DNA from: Acidiferrobacteraceae bacterium
GTDB taxonomy: Bacteria > Pseudomonadota > Gammaproteobacteria > Acidiferrobacterales > Acidiferrobacteraceae
NCBI GenBank assembly: GCA_027343725.1
Contig: DAHWKH010000148.1
Coordinates: 1 to 36,296 of the forward strand
Length of the DNA stretch: 36,296 bases
Reading direction: 5' to 3'
Below are positions 16,274 to 25,019 of the stretch, in pieces. A program made the position numbers and the translations under genes. Position 1 is the first letter of the stretch, and each line of letters starts with the position of its first letter. Below the pieces are notes generated by a model. It had not been told where the DNA came from. It saw only the letters and a program-made list of their open reading frames with translations, and ran no database searches.

Positions 16274-19200
16274 ATGGGGGATTGGTTGATCGCGCTTTCG
16301 CTGCGCAGCCGCGCGCTTGTGATCGGTCTCTTCGCGATCCTGACGGGCCTTGCCGTGCTCGCCTGGCGCAGCATGCCCATCAACGTCTTTCCCTCCTTCG
16401 CGACACCGCGGGTGGTGATCGGCACCACGCTGCCCGGCATGGCCCCGCGCGACATGGAAGCGCTCGTGACCTACCCGATCGAGACCGCGGTGAGTGGGAC
16501 CATGGGCGTGCGCGTCGTGCGCTCCAAGACGACGCTTGGGACCTCGCTTGTGACCGTGGTCTTTCACGGCGGCACCAATATCTATCACGATCGGCAGTTG
16601 ATCGCCGAGCGCCTGCAGGACCTGCAATCGCGACTCCCGGCGGGTGTCCGCGGACCGGAACTCTTCCCGCTCACGTCCGCCATCGGCTGGCTCGTGAAAT
16701 ATTCCCTCACGAGCTCGCTCTGGCCCGCGCAACACTTGCGCACGCTCGCCGACTGGGTCATCCGACCGCGGCTGCTGGCCGTCGGCGGCGTCGCCGACGT
16801 CGCCGATATCGGTGGGGCTGTTACGCAGTATCAGGTGGCACTCGACCCGACCGCCCTGCGCGCCTACCACGTGAGCCTGCACGACGTCGCGCGCGCCTTG
16901 CACGGCGCAAGCCGCGACCTCCCGGGCGGTGTCGTCAACACGCCGGCGCAAGAGCTGGCGGTCTCGGCCGCCGGGCGCCTCTATGCACGTAATGCCCGCG
17001 CGCGCCTGCGCCATACGGTCGTGGCGCTACGCGCGGGCCTGCCGATCACGTTGTCGCAGCTGGCGAAGATCCGGCGCTGGCACGCCATTCGCCTGGGTTC
17101 GGCAGCGCTCGGGTCAGAGCCGGCGGTCGTCGGGACCGTGTACAAGGCCTACGGCGCGGGCACCATGAGCACGACCGCGCGCGTGCTCAAGGCCTTGCGC
17201 TCGGTGCGCCGGGCCTTGCCGCCGGGCGTGCGTCTCGATACCCATATCTTTCGCCAGTCGACCTTCATCAAGGCCGCGATTCACAACTTGTGGACGGCAC
17301 TCTGGCAAGGGGCGCTCATCGTGATCCTGGTGCTCCTTGTGTTTCTCGCGAACTGGCGCGCCTCGCTCGCGACCTTTATCGCCCTGCCGGCGTCGTTCGC
17401 CCTGGGCGCCTTGATCCTCTATGCCTTTCATGCGGGCGTGAACGCGATGACCTTGGGAGGTCTGGCGGTCGCGATCGGCGAGGTCGTCGACAACGGCATC
17501 ATCACCGTCGAAAACATCGTCCGGCGCCTGCGCACGGCACCCCCCGATGGGGGCGGCACCGACACACTCATTCGCAGCGCCGTACGGGAAGTGCTCGATT
17601 CCATCGTGTATGCAACCCTGATCGTCATCCTGGTGTTTCTGCCGGTGTTTTTCCTGCAGGGCCTCGCGGGGCGCATCTTCACGCCGCTTGGCATCGCCTA
17701 TCTCGCCACCATGCTCGCCTCGCTCGTCGCGGCGGTGACCTTGTTGCCGGCGCTCTGTTCGCTGCTCTTTGGCCGCATCGATGTCGCGCGCGCAGCGGAC
17801 CGGCGCGAGACCGGACTCGTGCGCTTTCTGAAACGCCATTACCGGCGGCTCCTGGGATCCGTCCTGCCGCGATCGCGCGCCGTCTTTGCCGTCGCCCTCG
17901 TGGCCGTGATCGCCGCGGGCGTCGGGTTCGCGCATCTCGGGCGCTCGTTTTTGCCCGCGTTTCACGAGGGCGATTACATCCTGGTCATGACCACCTTGCC
18001 CGGGACCCCGTGGCGCGAATCGATGCGCCTGGGCGCGATCGTGCGCCACGACCTGTCGGCCTTTCCGCAGGTGGTCTCCATCGACCAGCGCGCCGGTGCC
18101 GGGACCCTCACGCCCGGGGCCAATACCCCCAATACCTCGGAATTCGATATCCGCATCCGGTTCCATCGCGGCTCCGCGTCGCCCCACCGGCTCCTGCGCG
18201 CCATCCGCGCGCGCTTGGCGACGATCCCCGGCGTCGCTTTCAATCTCGGCCAATTCATCGCCCACCGCATTGATGATGTGGAGTCGGGCGTGCCGGCGGA
18301 CGTCGCGGTTAAGATTTACGGTCCGAGCCTGCGCCGCCTGTATGGTCTCGGCCAGGCCGCGCAACACGCCATCGGGTCGATCCCGGGGATCGTCGATTTG
18401 CACCTCGAGCAGCAGATCCGCGTGCCACAGATCGTGATCACGCCGCACCGGCGGCGCGATGCCCGTTATGGCGTGCCCGTCGGGCGTCTCTTGCGCGACG
18501 CCAACTGGTATCTGAACGACGCGCCGCTCGGCCACGTCCTGCGCGGACCACGACGGATCGCCATCACCCTGCGCGCACAGCACAACGCCCGCCGTTCGGC
18601 CCGGGCGCTCGGGCGCCTGCCGATACGCGCCCCGGCGCTCGGGGCGCGCGCCTCGCTGCCGCTTTCGGAGCTCGCCTCGATCAGAACGCGCCCGGTGCCG
18701 TTTGCAATCCGCCGCGCCCACGGTCATCGCGTCTTGTTGCTCACTTTCGATGTCGCCGGGCGGCCCCTGTCGCGGGTCGTCCATGAGGTCAAGGCGCGCA
18801 TCGCGCGCGACGTCGCCCTGCCGCGCGCGTATTTCGTGCGCTACGGTGGGACGTTCCGGAGCCAGAGGCGCGCCAACACCACTTTGTGGCGCCTCGGTCT
18901 CCTGGCGCTCATCGTCTCCGGCCTTCTGCTCCAAAAGGCCTTCGGTTCGCTGCGCGATGCCCTGCTCGTGCTCGTCAACCTGCCACTCGCCCTAGTCGGT
19001 GGGGTGCTCGCGTTGATCGTGACCGGGGCGACCCTCAGCACCGCCGCCGTCATCGGGTTCATCGCGCTGTTCGGTATCACCGCACGCAACGGGATCATCC
19101 TGATCAGCCATTACAAGGACCTTGAGGCCGACGGCCGGCCCCTCGACGAGGTCGTGACCGAGGGTACGCTCAATCGCCTGGTGCCGATCCTCATGACCGC

Positions 19201-19387
19201 GATCACGCCCGCGCTCGGGCTCCTCCCGCTCCTGTGGGGGTCGCCGGTCGGTAAAGAGCTGGAGCGCCCGCTCGCCGAGGTGGTGCTCGGGGGCCTGATC
19301 ACCTCGACCCTCCTGAATCTCGTGGTGATCCCGAGCGCCTATCGTTTCTTACGGGCGGGTGCTTCGCGGTCGGGGAGGGGGCGATAA
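16274..19387 (+). CDS. Heavy-metal efflux RND permease (CzcA/CusA family)
   Basis: About 1037 aa; MPINVFP, VTYPIE, TM4 NAMTLGGLAVAIGEVVDNGIITVEN, GFIALFGITARNGIIL, RLVPILMTA, PLA.VVLGGLITSTLL. Confidence 0.93.
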   Translation: MGDWLIALSLRSRALVIGLFAILTGLAVLAWRSMPINVFPSFATPRVVIGTTLPGMAPRDMEALVTYPIETAVSGTMGVRVVRSKTTLGTSLVTVVFHGGTNIYHDRQLIAERLQDLQSRLPAGVRGPELFPLTSAIGWLVKYSLTSSLWPAQHLRTLADWVIRPRLLAVGGVADVADIGGAVTQYQVALDPTALRAYHVSLHDVARALHGASRDLPGGVVNTPAQELAVSAAGRLYARNARARLRHTVVALRAGLPITLSQLAKIRRWHAIRLGSAALGSEPAVVGTVYKAYGAGTMSTTARVLKALRSVRRALPPGVRLDTHIFRQSTFIKAAIHNLWTALWQGALIVILVLLVFLANWRASLATFIALPASFALGALILYAFHAGVNAMTLGGLAVAIGEVVDNGIITVENIVRRLRTAPPDGGGTDTLIRSAVREVLDSIVYATLIVILVFLPVFFLQGLAGRIFTPLGIAYLATMLASLVAAVTLLPALCSLLFGRIDVARAADRRETGLVRFLKRHYRRLLGSVLPRSRAVFAVALVAVIAAGVGFAHLGRSFLPAFHEGDYILVMTTLPGTPWRESMRLGAIVRHDLSAFPQVVSIDQRAGAGTLTPGANTPNTSEFDIRIRFHRGSASPHRLLRAIRARLATIPGVAFNLGQFIAHRIDDVESGVPADVAVKIYGPSLRRLYGLGQAAQHAIGSIPGIVDLHLEQQIRVPQIVITPHRRRDARYGVPVGRLLRDANWYLNDAPLGHVLRGPRRIAITLRAQHNARRSARALGRLPIRAPALGARASLPLSELASIRTRPVPFAIRRAHGHRVLLLTFDVAGRPLSRVVHEVKARIARDVALPRAYFVRYGGTFRSQRRANTTLWRLGLLALIVSGLLLQKAFGSLRDALLVLVNLPLALVGGVLALIVTGATLSTAAVIGFIALFGITARNGIILISHYKDLEADGRPLDEVVTEGTLNRLVPILMTAITPALGLLPLLWGSPVGKELERPLAEVVLGGLITSTLLNLVVIPSAYRFLRAGASRSGRGR

Positions 19388-19433
19388 GAGGAGGGACCTT
19401 ACTGGCGCCCGGGGCTTGGGGTACACTGGGCTT

Positions 19434-20231
19434 ATGACGCTCCTGTCCTGGCGGGCCCCGCGCGTACCGGTCGTGTCCTTGCGCGGCCTGATCGCGGCTA
19501 AGCCCTACGCCATCAATATCGCGGCCTATCGCGAGCCCATAGGGCGTGCCTTTACGCTCGCCAAGCGTGGCGCGAAGGCCGTGATCCTCGCGATCGAGAG
19601 CCCCGGCGGCTCGGCCGTGCAGTCGGACCTCGTGGCCTCCCTGATTCGCGAGCGGGCCGAGTATCACAAGGTGCGGGTGTTCGCCGCGATCGGCGACGTC
19701 GGTGCCTCCGGGGGCTACTGGATCGCATGCGCCGCCGATGAGATCCTGGCGCATCGCATGAGCATCGTGGGCTCGATCGGGGTCGTGGGCGGCGGGTTTG
19801 GCTTCGTGGATTTCATCGCCCGCCACGGCATCGAGCGGCGCGTGTACACAGCCGGCGAGCACAAGGTGCGCCTGGACCCGTTTCGTCCCGAGTCCCCGGA
19901 TGACCTGCTGTTCACCAAAGACCTCCTGAGCGATATGCACACGGAGTTCAAGGCCTGGGTGCGAGAGCGCCGCGGCGCGCGTTTGGGTCCCGAGGAGACG
20001 GTGTTCGATGGATCCTATCGGCTCGGGACCCAGGCCAAGGGCCTGGGTTTGATCGATCGCTTCGGGAGCGTTGATTCGCTCGTGCGCGAACTCGCCGGCG
20101 CCCGCGCCCGGCCCGTGATCCTCGAACCCAAGCGCCCGCGCGGTCTCCTCAAGCTCATGGGCCGCAGCGCCACCGAGGCCGCATGGGATATCGCCGAGGA
20201 ACGCCTGCTGTCCCCCGGTCTGCGACTCTAA
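19434..20231 (+). CDS. S49-family signal peptide peptidase (SppA/SohB-like)
   Basis: IESPGGSAVQS, DVGASGGYWIACAADEI, SIVGSIGV, TAGEHK..LDPF. Confidence 0.9.
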   Translation: MTLLSWRAPRVPVVSLRGLIAAKPYAINIAAYREPIGRAFTLAKRGAKAVILAIESPGGSAVQSDLVASLIRERAEYHKVRVFAAIGDVGASGGYWIACAADEILAHRMSIVGSIGVVGGGFGFVDFIARHGIERRVYTAGEHKVRLDPFRPESPDDLLFTKDLLSDMHTEFKAWVRERRGARLGPEETVFDGSYRLGTQAKGLGLIDRFGSVDSLVRELAGARARPVILEPKRPRGLLKLMGRSATEAAWDIAEERLLSPGLRL

Positions 20232-20364
20232 ACCCTCTCCTCCGAGACCCGATCTCCTCCTGGCGCGTTTCTTGAAAGGATCCCCTCGGGGTTCTCGTTC
20301 GGGAGGGTCCTCGCCGCAACGCGGGGACGAGGCCCCACCCCCATCCGGGTCTACCGTCAGGGGT

Positions 20365-20414
20365 ACTGCCGCAAAACGGCAGTCGGATCGCGCTTCTCCT
20401 GCCGTTATACGGCA
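20365..20414. promoter_or_regulatory. Two TGCCG-N5-CGGCA palindromes, putative enhancer (UAS) for the pilA sigma54 promoter
   Basis: ACTGCCG-CAAAA-CGGCAGT (20365-20383) and TGCCG-TTATA-CGGCA (20400-20414), 33 bp apart and about 160-200 bp upstream of the -24 box. Confidence 0.6.
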
Positions 20415-20570
20415 ACTGCCCCCGGTGAGTTGCCGTTCCGCGTCACCTGGTTTGCGGGTCGAATCACCCCATGCGCCCCACCGCTCGTCGGGCAAAATCG
20501 ACCGCTTTGAGGGCGCGTCTTCGAGATATGAAGGACTTAACGCTGGATCTGCCCCGGCGGCCTCGGCCTT

Positions 20571-20586
20571 TGGCATAAAGCCTGCA
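20571..20586 (+). promoter_or_regulatory. Sigma54 (-24/-12) promoter of pilA
   Basis: TGGCATAAAGCCTGCA, with GG (20572-73), N10, GC (20584-85). pilA is commonly sigma54/PilR-dependent. Confidence 0.75.
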
Positions 20587-20644
20587 AGTGAACCATACCC
20601 ACACCGTCCATCGTGGACGGTGCCCTAGTGAGAACGAGGAGCGT

Positions 20645-21340
20645 ATGGCCATGAGAACAAAGAACCCGGTACGGGCCGGCATCCAAGCCGGCTTTACCCT
20701 CATCGAATTGATGGTCGTGATCGCGATCATCGGGATCCTGGCGGCCATCGCCATTCCGCAGTATGAGAAGTACATCGTGACGACCAAGGCCCAGGACGTC
20801 GCGCAGAACTTCCATTCGGCGATTACCGCTGCAACCAGTGCCGTCTCGGCGTCCCAGGCCGGCCAGAACACCCTGCTGGCCATGCAGGTCACGCAGGGTA
20901 CCGCAGTGACGACTCCGCCCAAACCGGGCACAGGCACCCCTGTGTTGAGCTATACGGCGAGCGATCCGGCGGCAAGCGGGACGACGGCCGCTAAAATCCC
21001 GAATTTCGCCTTCAACGGGAAAGTCGGCACCAGTTGGACCACACCGACTGTTTGCGGTGCTATCGATATAAACGGCGCCGCGACGCCCACCGGCTACTCG
21101 ACGCCGGGCGCCTGGGTTCCGGCCGGTCTCAGTCAGCCGATCTTCATCTCCGTGGGTGTGGGCACGACCTGCACGGCCAGCAAGACGCTGGGTGCCGACA
21201 TCGTCAACGCGATCGTGGGTGACGGTTCGGTCTCGGCCACGGCGCAGACCGACTCCGCCGGTAACACCACGACGGCCTGTACCACGACAGCGGCGGTTTG
21301 TGAGGCGGACGTCGGCCCGAACGGGACCGTCACGCCGTAA
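20645..21340 (+). CDS. pilA: Type IVa major pilin
   Basis: Class III signal QAG/FTLIELMVVIAIIGILAAIAIPQY, GAGGA RBS, four Cys including a C-terminal pair, and its own promoter and terminator. Confidence 0.92.
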   Translation: MAMRTKNPVRAGIQAGFTLIELMVVIAIIGILAAIAIPQYEKYIVTTKAQDVAQNFHSAITAATSAVSASQAGQNTLLAMQVTQGTAVTTPPKPGTGTPVLSYTASDPAASGTTAAKIPNFAFNGKVGTSWTTPTVCGAIDINGAATPTGYSTPGAWVPAGLSQPIFISVGVGTTCTASKTLGADIVNAIVGDGSVSATAQTDSAGNTTTACTTTAAVCEADVGPNGTVTP

Positions 21341-21374
21341 TAATAATATTCACGTCTTCAAAGAGGTGCGATCT

Positions 21375-21402
21375 GAGGGCGCAGCGATGCGCCCTCTTTT
21401 TT
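21375..21402 (+). terminator. Rho-independent terminator of pilA
   Basis: GAGGGCGCA-GCGA-TGCGCCCTC followed by TTTTTT. Confidence 0.9.
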
Positions 21403-21423
21403 CTTTTGAGCTCGTCGTTCCCG

Positions 21424-22107
21424 TCATGGTTTTGCAGCGTCGGCCTTGAGCACCGTTTTCACAAATCCATGCTTGCCAAGATCAGCCAACAACCATTCGG
21501 CACAGGCCTTAATCTGCAGGACCTTTTCGCGTTCCTCCGCGTTAGTATCCGCGTGTGACAGCGCCCGTAGTTTGTGTTCGCATGCATCCGCAATTTGGTC
21601 GGCCGGGAAGCCGAACATCGCAAGCTCCGCGGCAGCGCAAAGGCCATAGTCTGCCTCCAGGATCTCACCTATACGCATGTAGGCTTTGTAAAGTGCATTT
21701 ACGACCGACATGTAGAGTTCGAAGACTGCGACGAACCGGCTTCGGGCACCGGTACTGTATCCACTGCGTGAATACTGCATTAGCCAGGAATACGCTACAG
21801 TCACTGTAAGGACATCCATTGCAGAGAGGCGGGCATGAAGCACTGCCGCGTGGGTGCGATACATTAAACTCAGGTCATCTGTGATTGGCGGCGGCGATCC
21901 CGATTGGATAAAGTTCTGTGCCGATATCACCGAACCGGCAATGCGATTGACGCCCACCAGGAGTTCAGTGCGGATGGCAGCAAGGGCTCGGCCTGCACGT
22001 CGCTCTTCTTCTCTTTGGGCACGACGCTCTGTGGCAAACCATGTTATGGCGCCGCCCACTCCAGTTCCAACGAATGAACTCACACACGTCTGCAACCAGC
22101 TGCTCAT
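21424..22107 (-). CDS. Hypothetical protein with N-terminal membrane anchor (lower GC)
   Basis: 227-aa ORF in a visibly lower-GC stretch; VSSFVGTGVGGAITWFA followed by a charged helix. No recognised family. Confidence 0.6.
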   Translation of the reverse strand: MSSWLQTCVSSFVGTGVGGAITWFATERRAQREEERRAGRALAAIRTELLVGVNRIAGSVISAQNFIQSGSPPPITDDLSLMYRTHAAVLHARLSAMDVLTVTVAYSWLMQYSRSGYSTGARSRFVAVFELYMSVVNALYKAYMRIGEILEADYGLCAAAELAMFGFPADQIADACEHKLRALSHADTNAEEREKVLQIKACAEWLLADLGKHGFVKTVLKADAAKP

Positions 22108-22471
22108 TTCACGCCGTCCGAATCGTTATCATGTATCGGCCTGTGTAGCCCCAAGCCACGTGGCTTAAACCTTCTGTATGTTCCCCTACGTTGTATTGCA
22201 AGGGAGTGCCGGCCTTCGGGTTCAGGATCGGTTTGCGTAAATATATCCGGCCCCTAATGGGTTCGTTGACACCGGCCCTGATGACATTCGCGCACGGGCT
22301 TTACTCTACGGGGCGTGTGGTGGTCACGGCTTCACCCCCGTTGGTTGCGTTCACAGGATAGGGGTAGGATGCCTCATACCGGTGATGTGCCTCCTGACCG
22401 CAAGATGGCTCTCGTGAACGATCTCGTGTGGTGTCGAGCGCGCTCATAGGTGTTGCTGTGCTTATGGGTGG

Positions 22472-22619
22472 CCGCCGAAACACTTTGCCAAGCGGGGTCT
22501 GGTCGCGTTGGCGGACATCCACCAGCGGCTCCAGGGTACTTGCTTGAACCGCCGGATGCGGAACTGCACGTCCAATGGTGTGAGAGGGCTGAGGGGGGTG
22601 ACCCCTCACCCTACTCGAT
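22472..22619 (+). mobile_element. Decayed 3' remnant of a class C (IIC) group II intron
   Basis: Domain V-like GAACCGCCGGATGCGGAACTGCACGTCCAATGGTGTGAGAGG (from 22546, CGC triad) and domain VI-like GAGGGGGGTGACCCCTCACCCTACTCGAT ending in AT at 22619. It is preceded by PPKHFAKRGLVALADIHQRLQ, which resembles a maturase C-terminus. Confidence 0.8.
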
Positions 22620-22725
22620 TGGAGCTTGTGTGTGGCGGGTGGGCCGGGGATTCGGCCCCTCTGGGTTTCGTCGGCGACGCGTGTGCCGTACCATCGCAGT
22701 CTAGTGATGGCGAGGGTATCGGGAC

Positions 22726-24099
22726 ATGGGATCCCACAAGGACATCGATAAGGCGGTCGGCAATCTCATGCGCTGGGCGGATCGCCCGGAGTGGGCCGAT
22801 GCGCGCGCCCGGGTGTTCGCGGCTCACATCGAGACGACGAGCCGTTTTTTGGGCATCCCCGAGGCGGAGTGGCTCCAGGAGCTCTCGGCGCTCGGCTACA
22901 GCGGCATGGTGTTCGGGATCGCGTTCGAGGATTTCGCGAGCCGCGACCTGGAAGGCGGGCGCAATCTCATCGAGGATTATCTGAAGCGCCGCGGCTGGCA
23001 TGAAGGGGTGTTCGGGCGGCGCTATCTGCAGGCGCTGCGCGTCTCCGCGCTCTCGCTCTACGAGGTCGTGGCGGTGACCCCCGGGAAGCACTGCGATATC
23101 CGCGACCTCATGCGCGGCGGGGACCCTATCCGCGTGTACGAGAACCAGGGCACGCGCCATCTCGTGCGCTGGGATCATCTTGCCGCGCGCGTGCTCGAGG
23201 TCAACGGGACCCTGGGGTTTTCCGGCGGGATGCTCGCGTTCCCGGCCGACGCCGCCCAGGTCCTTTTGCGGGTCGTGAGCCAGACCCGGCAGGAGGTGCG
23301 GCGCACGTTGAAGCGCCGAAAGGGGCCTTCGTCCGCCCTGCCCGCGGAGGCCCTCGATGCGGTGTTGCTGAAGGAGGCCTGCCCGGCGTTCACCCAGACC
23401 TGGGTCGTGCACACCTGGGAGCGCTTGCACGCGCCCCTTCCCACGATCGTCAATCGCGACGGCGAGGCGATGGTCCTCACCGAGACCCGGTTTCCGGTCG
23501 ATGAGGCCCAGCGAGAGGCGGCATTTGCCCGCTTGGACGCCGCTCCTCAGTGGGAGCGGGAACCGGACGGACCGTTCGTGTGGGCGTGGTTTCCCGAGGA
23601 GGGGGAGGTGCAGGCGTCGTCGCGGGACGCTGCGCGCAACCTCTGCGGGATGCTGGAATGGAAATCCAAGGCCTTGCTTTTGGTGAGCAACTCGCGCGAG
23701 CGCGCCGAACGCGGCACGCAGGCGCTTTCCGAACTCTTGCAGGGGCTTGTGGGCACACCGCTTACGACGCTGCGCACGCCCGAGCAGGTGATGGCCGATG
23801 CCGGGGATCGGAGGCCCGAGGCGGCCTCGCCTCTTCCGGCTCTCGACCCGCAAGTGGAGGCGGATCTCGTGCGCGAGACCTTGGATCGGCACTATCGCCA
23901 ATGCCTGCGCGAACCCATTCCGGCGCTCGGCGGCAGGACCCCGAGGCAGTGCATGCGCAGTCAGAGCGGGCGGCTCAAGATCGTCGCGTGGTTGAAGGAC
24001 CTCGAGAACCACGAAGGGCGCAAAGCCGCCCAGACGGGGGGCATCCCCTACGATTTTTCCTGGATGTGGGAGACCTTGAAGGTCGAGGACCTGCGCTAG
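22726..24099 (+). CDS. Hypothetical protein with C-terminal Xre/MbcA/ParS-like (DUF2384-like) motif
   Basis: 457-aa ORF with coding-like codon pattern; SLYEVVAVTPG...RDL and C-terminal EPIPALGGRTPRQ...WLKDLEN. Confidence 0.65.
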   Translation: MGSHKDIDKAVGNLMRWADRPEWADARARVFAAHIETTSRFLGIPEAEWLQELSALGYSGMVFGIAFEDFASRDLEGGRNLIEDYLKRRGWHEGVFGRRYLQALRVSALSLYEVVAVTPGKHCDIRDLMRGGDPIRVYENQGTRHLVRWDHLAARVLEVNGTLGFSGGMLAFPADAAQVLLRVVSQTRQEVRRTLKRRKGPSSALPAEALDAVLLKEACPAFTQTWVVHTWERLHAPLPTIVNRDGEAMVLTETRFPVDEAQREAAFARLDAAPQWEREPDGPFVWAWFPEEGEVQASSRDAARNLCGMLEWKSKALLLVSNSRERAERGTQALSELLQGLVGTPLTTLRTPEQVMADAGDRRPEAASPLPALDPQVEADLVRETLDRHYRQCLREPIPALGGRTPRQCMRSQSGRLKIVAWLKDLENHEGRKAAQTGGIPYDFSWMWETLKVEDLR

Positions 24100-24279
24100 T
24101 AAGCCCCATCCGACTCACGTCCCCGCATCCCGCCCGTGGGGCTCGCCCTCCCCTCGGTTTCCGGCCGGATCCGCCCATCCGCGCGATCGGCTAGGCTCCC
24201 CATCGCCCCGAGGCCCGACACGGGCCGGGGTGGGATTCCGGGCGGGCGCCCGGGGCGTGTGATGGTGGGGGAGCGGGCT

Positions 24280-24927
24280 GTGTTCTATCCCTTATGGCTT
24301 GTGGTTCTCGCTTGGGCCGCGCTCGTCTTGGCGGGCCTGTCCGCTGCGCTTGTGGGCTTGGATATCACGCGCCACCGCCAAGCGATGACGGTCATGGAGA
24401 TCACCTGGCCCGTGACCGCGCTCTACCTCGGCCCGCTCGGGCTTTGGGCTTACCAGGCCTTCGGGCGCGAGGGCGTGCGCCCGCACAAGTCCTTCCGCCA
24501 ACGGGTGTTCGTGTCGGCCACCCACTGCGGCGGCGGCTGCACGCTCGGCGACATCCTCTCCGAGAACGCCCTCGCGGCCCATCGGGTGACGATCGCCCAA
24601 AGCCCGCTGATCACGATGTTCGTCTGTGACTTCGTGGCCGCCTATGCGATCGGCATCCTGTTTCAGTACTGGCCGATCCGCGCGTCCACGAAGCTTACGC
24701 GCGGGCGCGCCCTGCGCGCCGCGATCCAGGCCGACACCCTCTCGCTTGTGGCCTTCGAGGCGGGCCTTTTTGGGTGGATGGCGCTCGTGCATCCCCTGAT
24801 CCCGCGCCCGTCCCCGCAAAGCCCGGTCTTCTGGTTCGCGATGCAGATCGGCATGGCGGTGGGCTTTCTCACGACGCTCCCGGCCAACGCCTGGCTCGTG
24901 CGTGCCGGGATCAAGGGCGCCCTGTAA
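24280..24927 (+). CDS. DUF4396-family membrane protein
   Basis: Multi-TM protein with M..M...[44 protein letters not shown] start with GGGGAG RBS (alternative ATG at 24262). Confidence 0.8.
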   Translation: MFYPLWLVVLAWAALVLAGLSAALVGLDITRHRQAMTVMEITWPVTALYLGPLGLWAYQAFGREGVRPHKSFRQRVFVSATHCGGGCTLGDILSENALAAHRVTIAQSPLITMFVCDFVAAYAIGILFQYWPIRASTKLTRGRALRAAIQADTLSLVAFEAGLFGWMALVHPLIPRPSPQSPVFWFAMQIGMAVGFLTTLPANAWLVRAGIKGAL

Positions 24928-25019
24928 GGATCCTGGAGGTCGGGACAGGGGCTGCGTGCTATGCCACAATGCGGGCGATCAGCAAGGGGGCGGCCATCGC
25001 CGATCCCCGAGGGAGGGCT

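Noticed and set aside
14931-16289. Long alternative-frame and antisense ORFs (e.g. 14931-16289, 17114-18934, 22606-24012, 27384-28619, 29207-30361, 33043-34710)
   Set aside because: Shadow ORFs expected in high-GC DNA. They overlap well-supported genes and lack family motifs.
20645-21340. Possible electrically conductive (e-)pilin
   Set aside because: Only about 11 F/W/Y in about 215 mature residues, with long aromatic-free gaps, and it is not a truncated pilin.
21417-21437. GTTCCCGTCATGGTTTTGCAG after the pilA terminator resembles a IIC intron 5' end
   Set aside because: It lacks the GUGYG start, is too far from the terminator stem and overlaps the orphan gene's last codons; chance similarity is likely.
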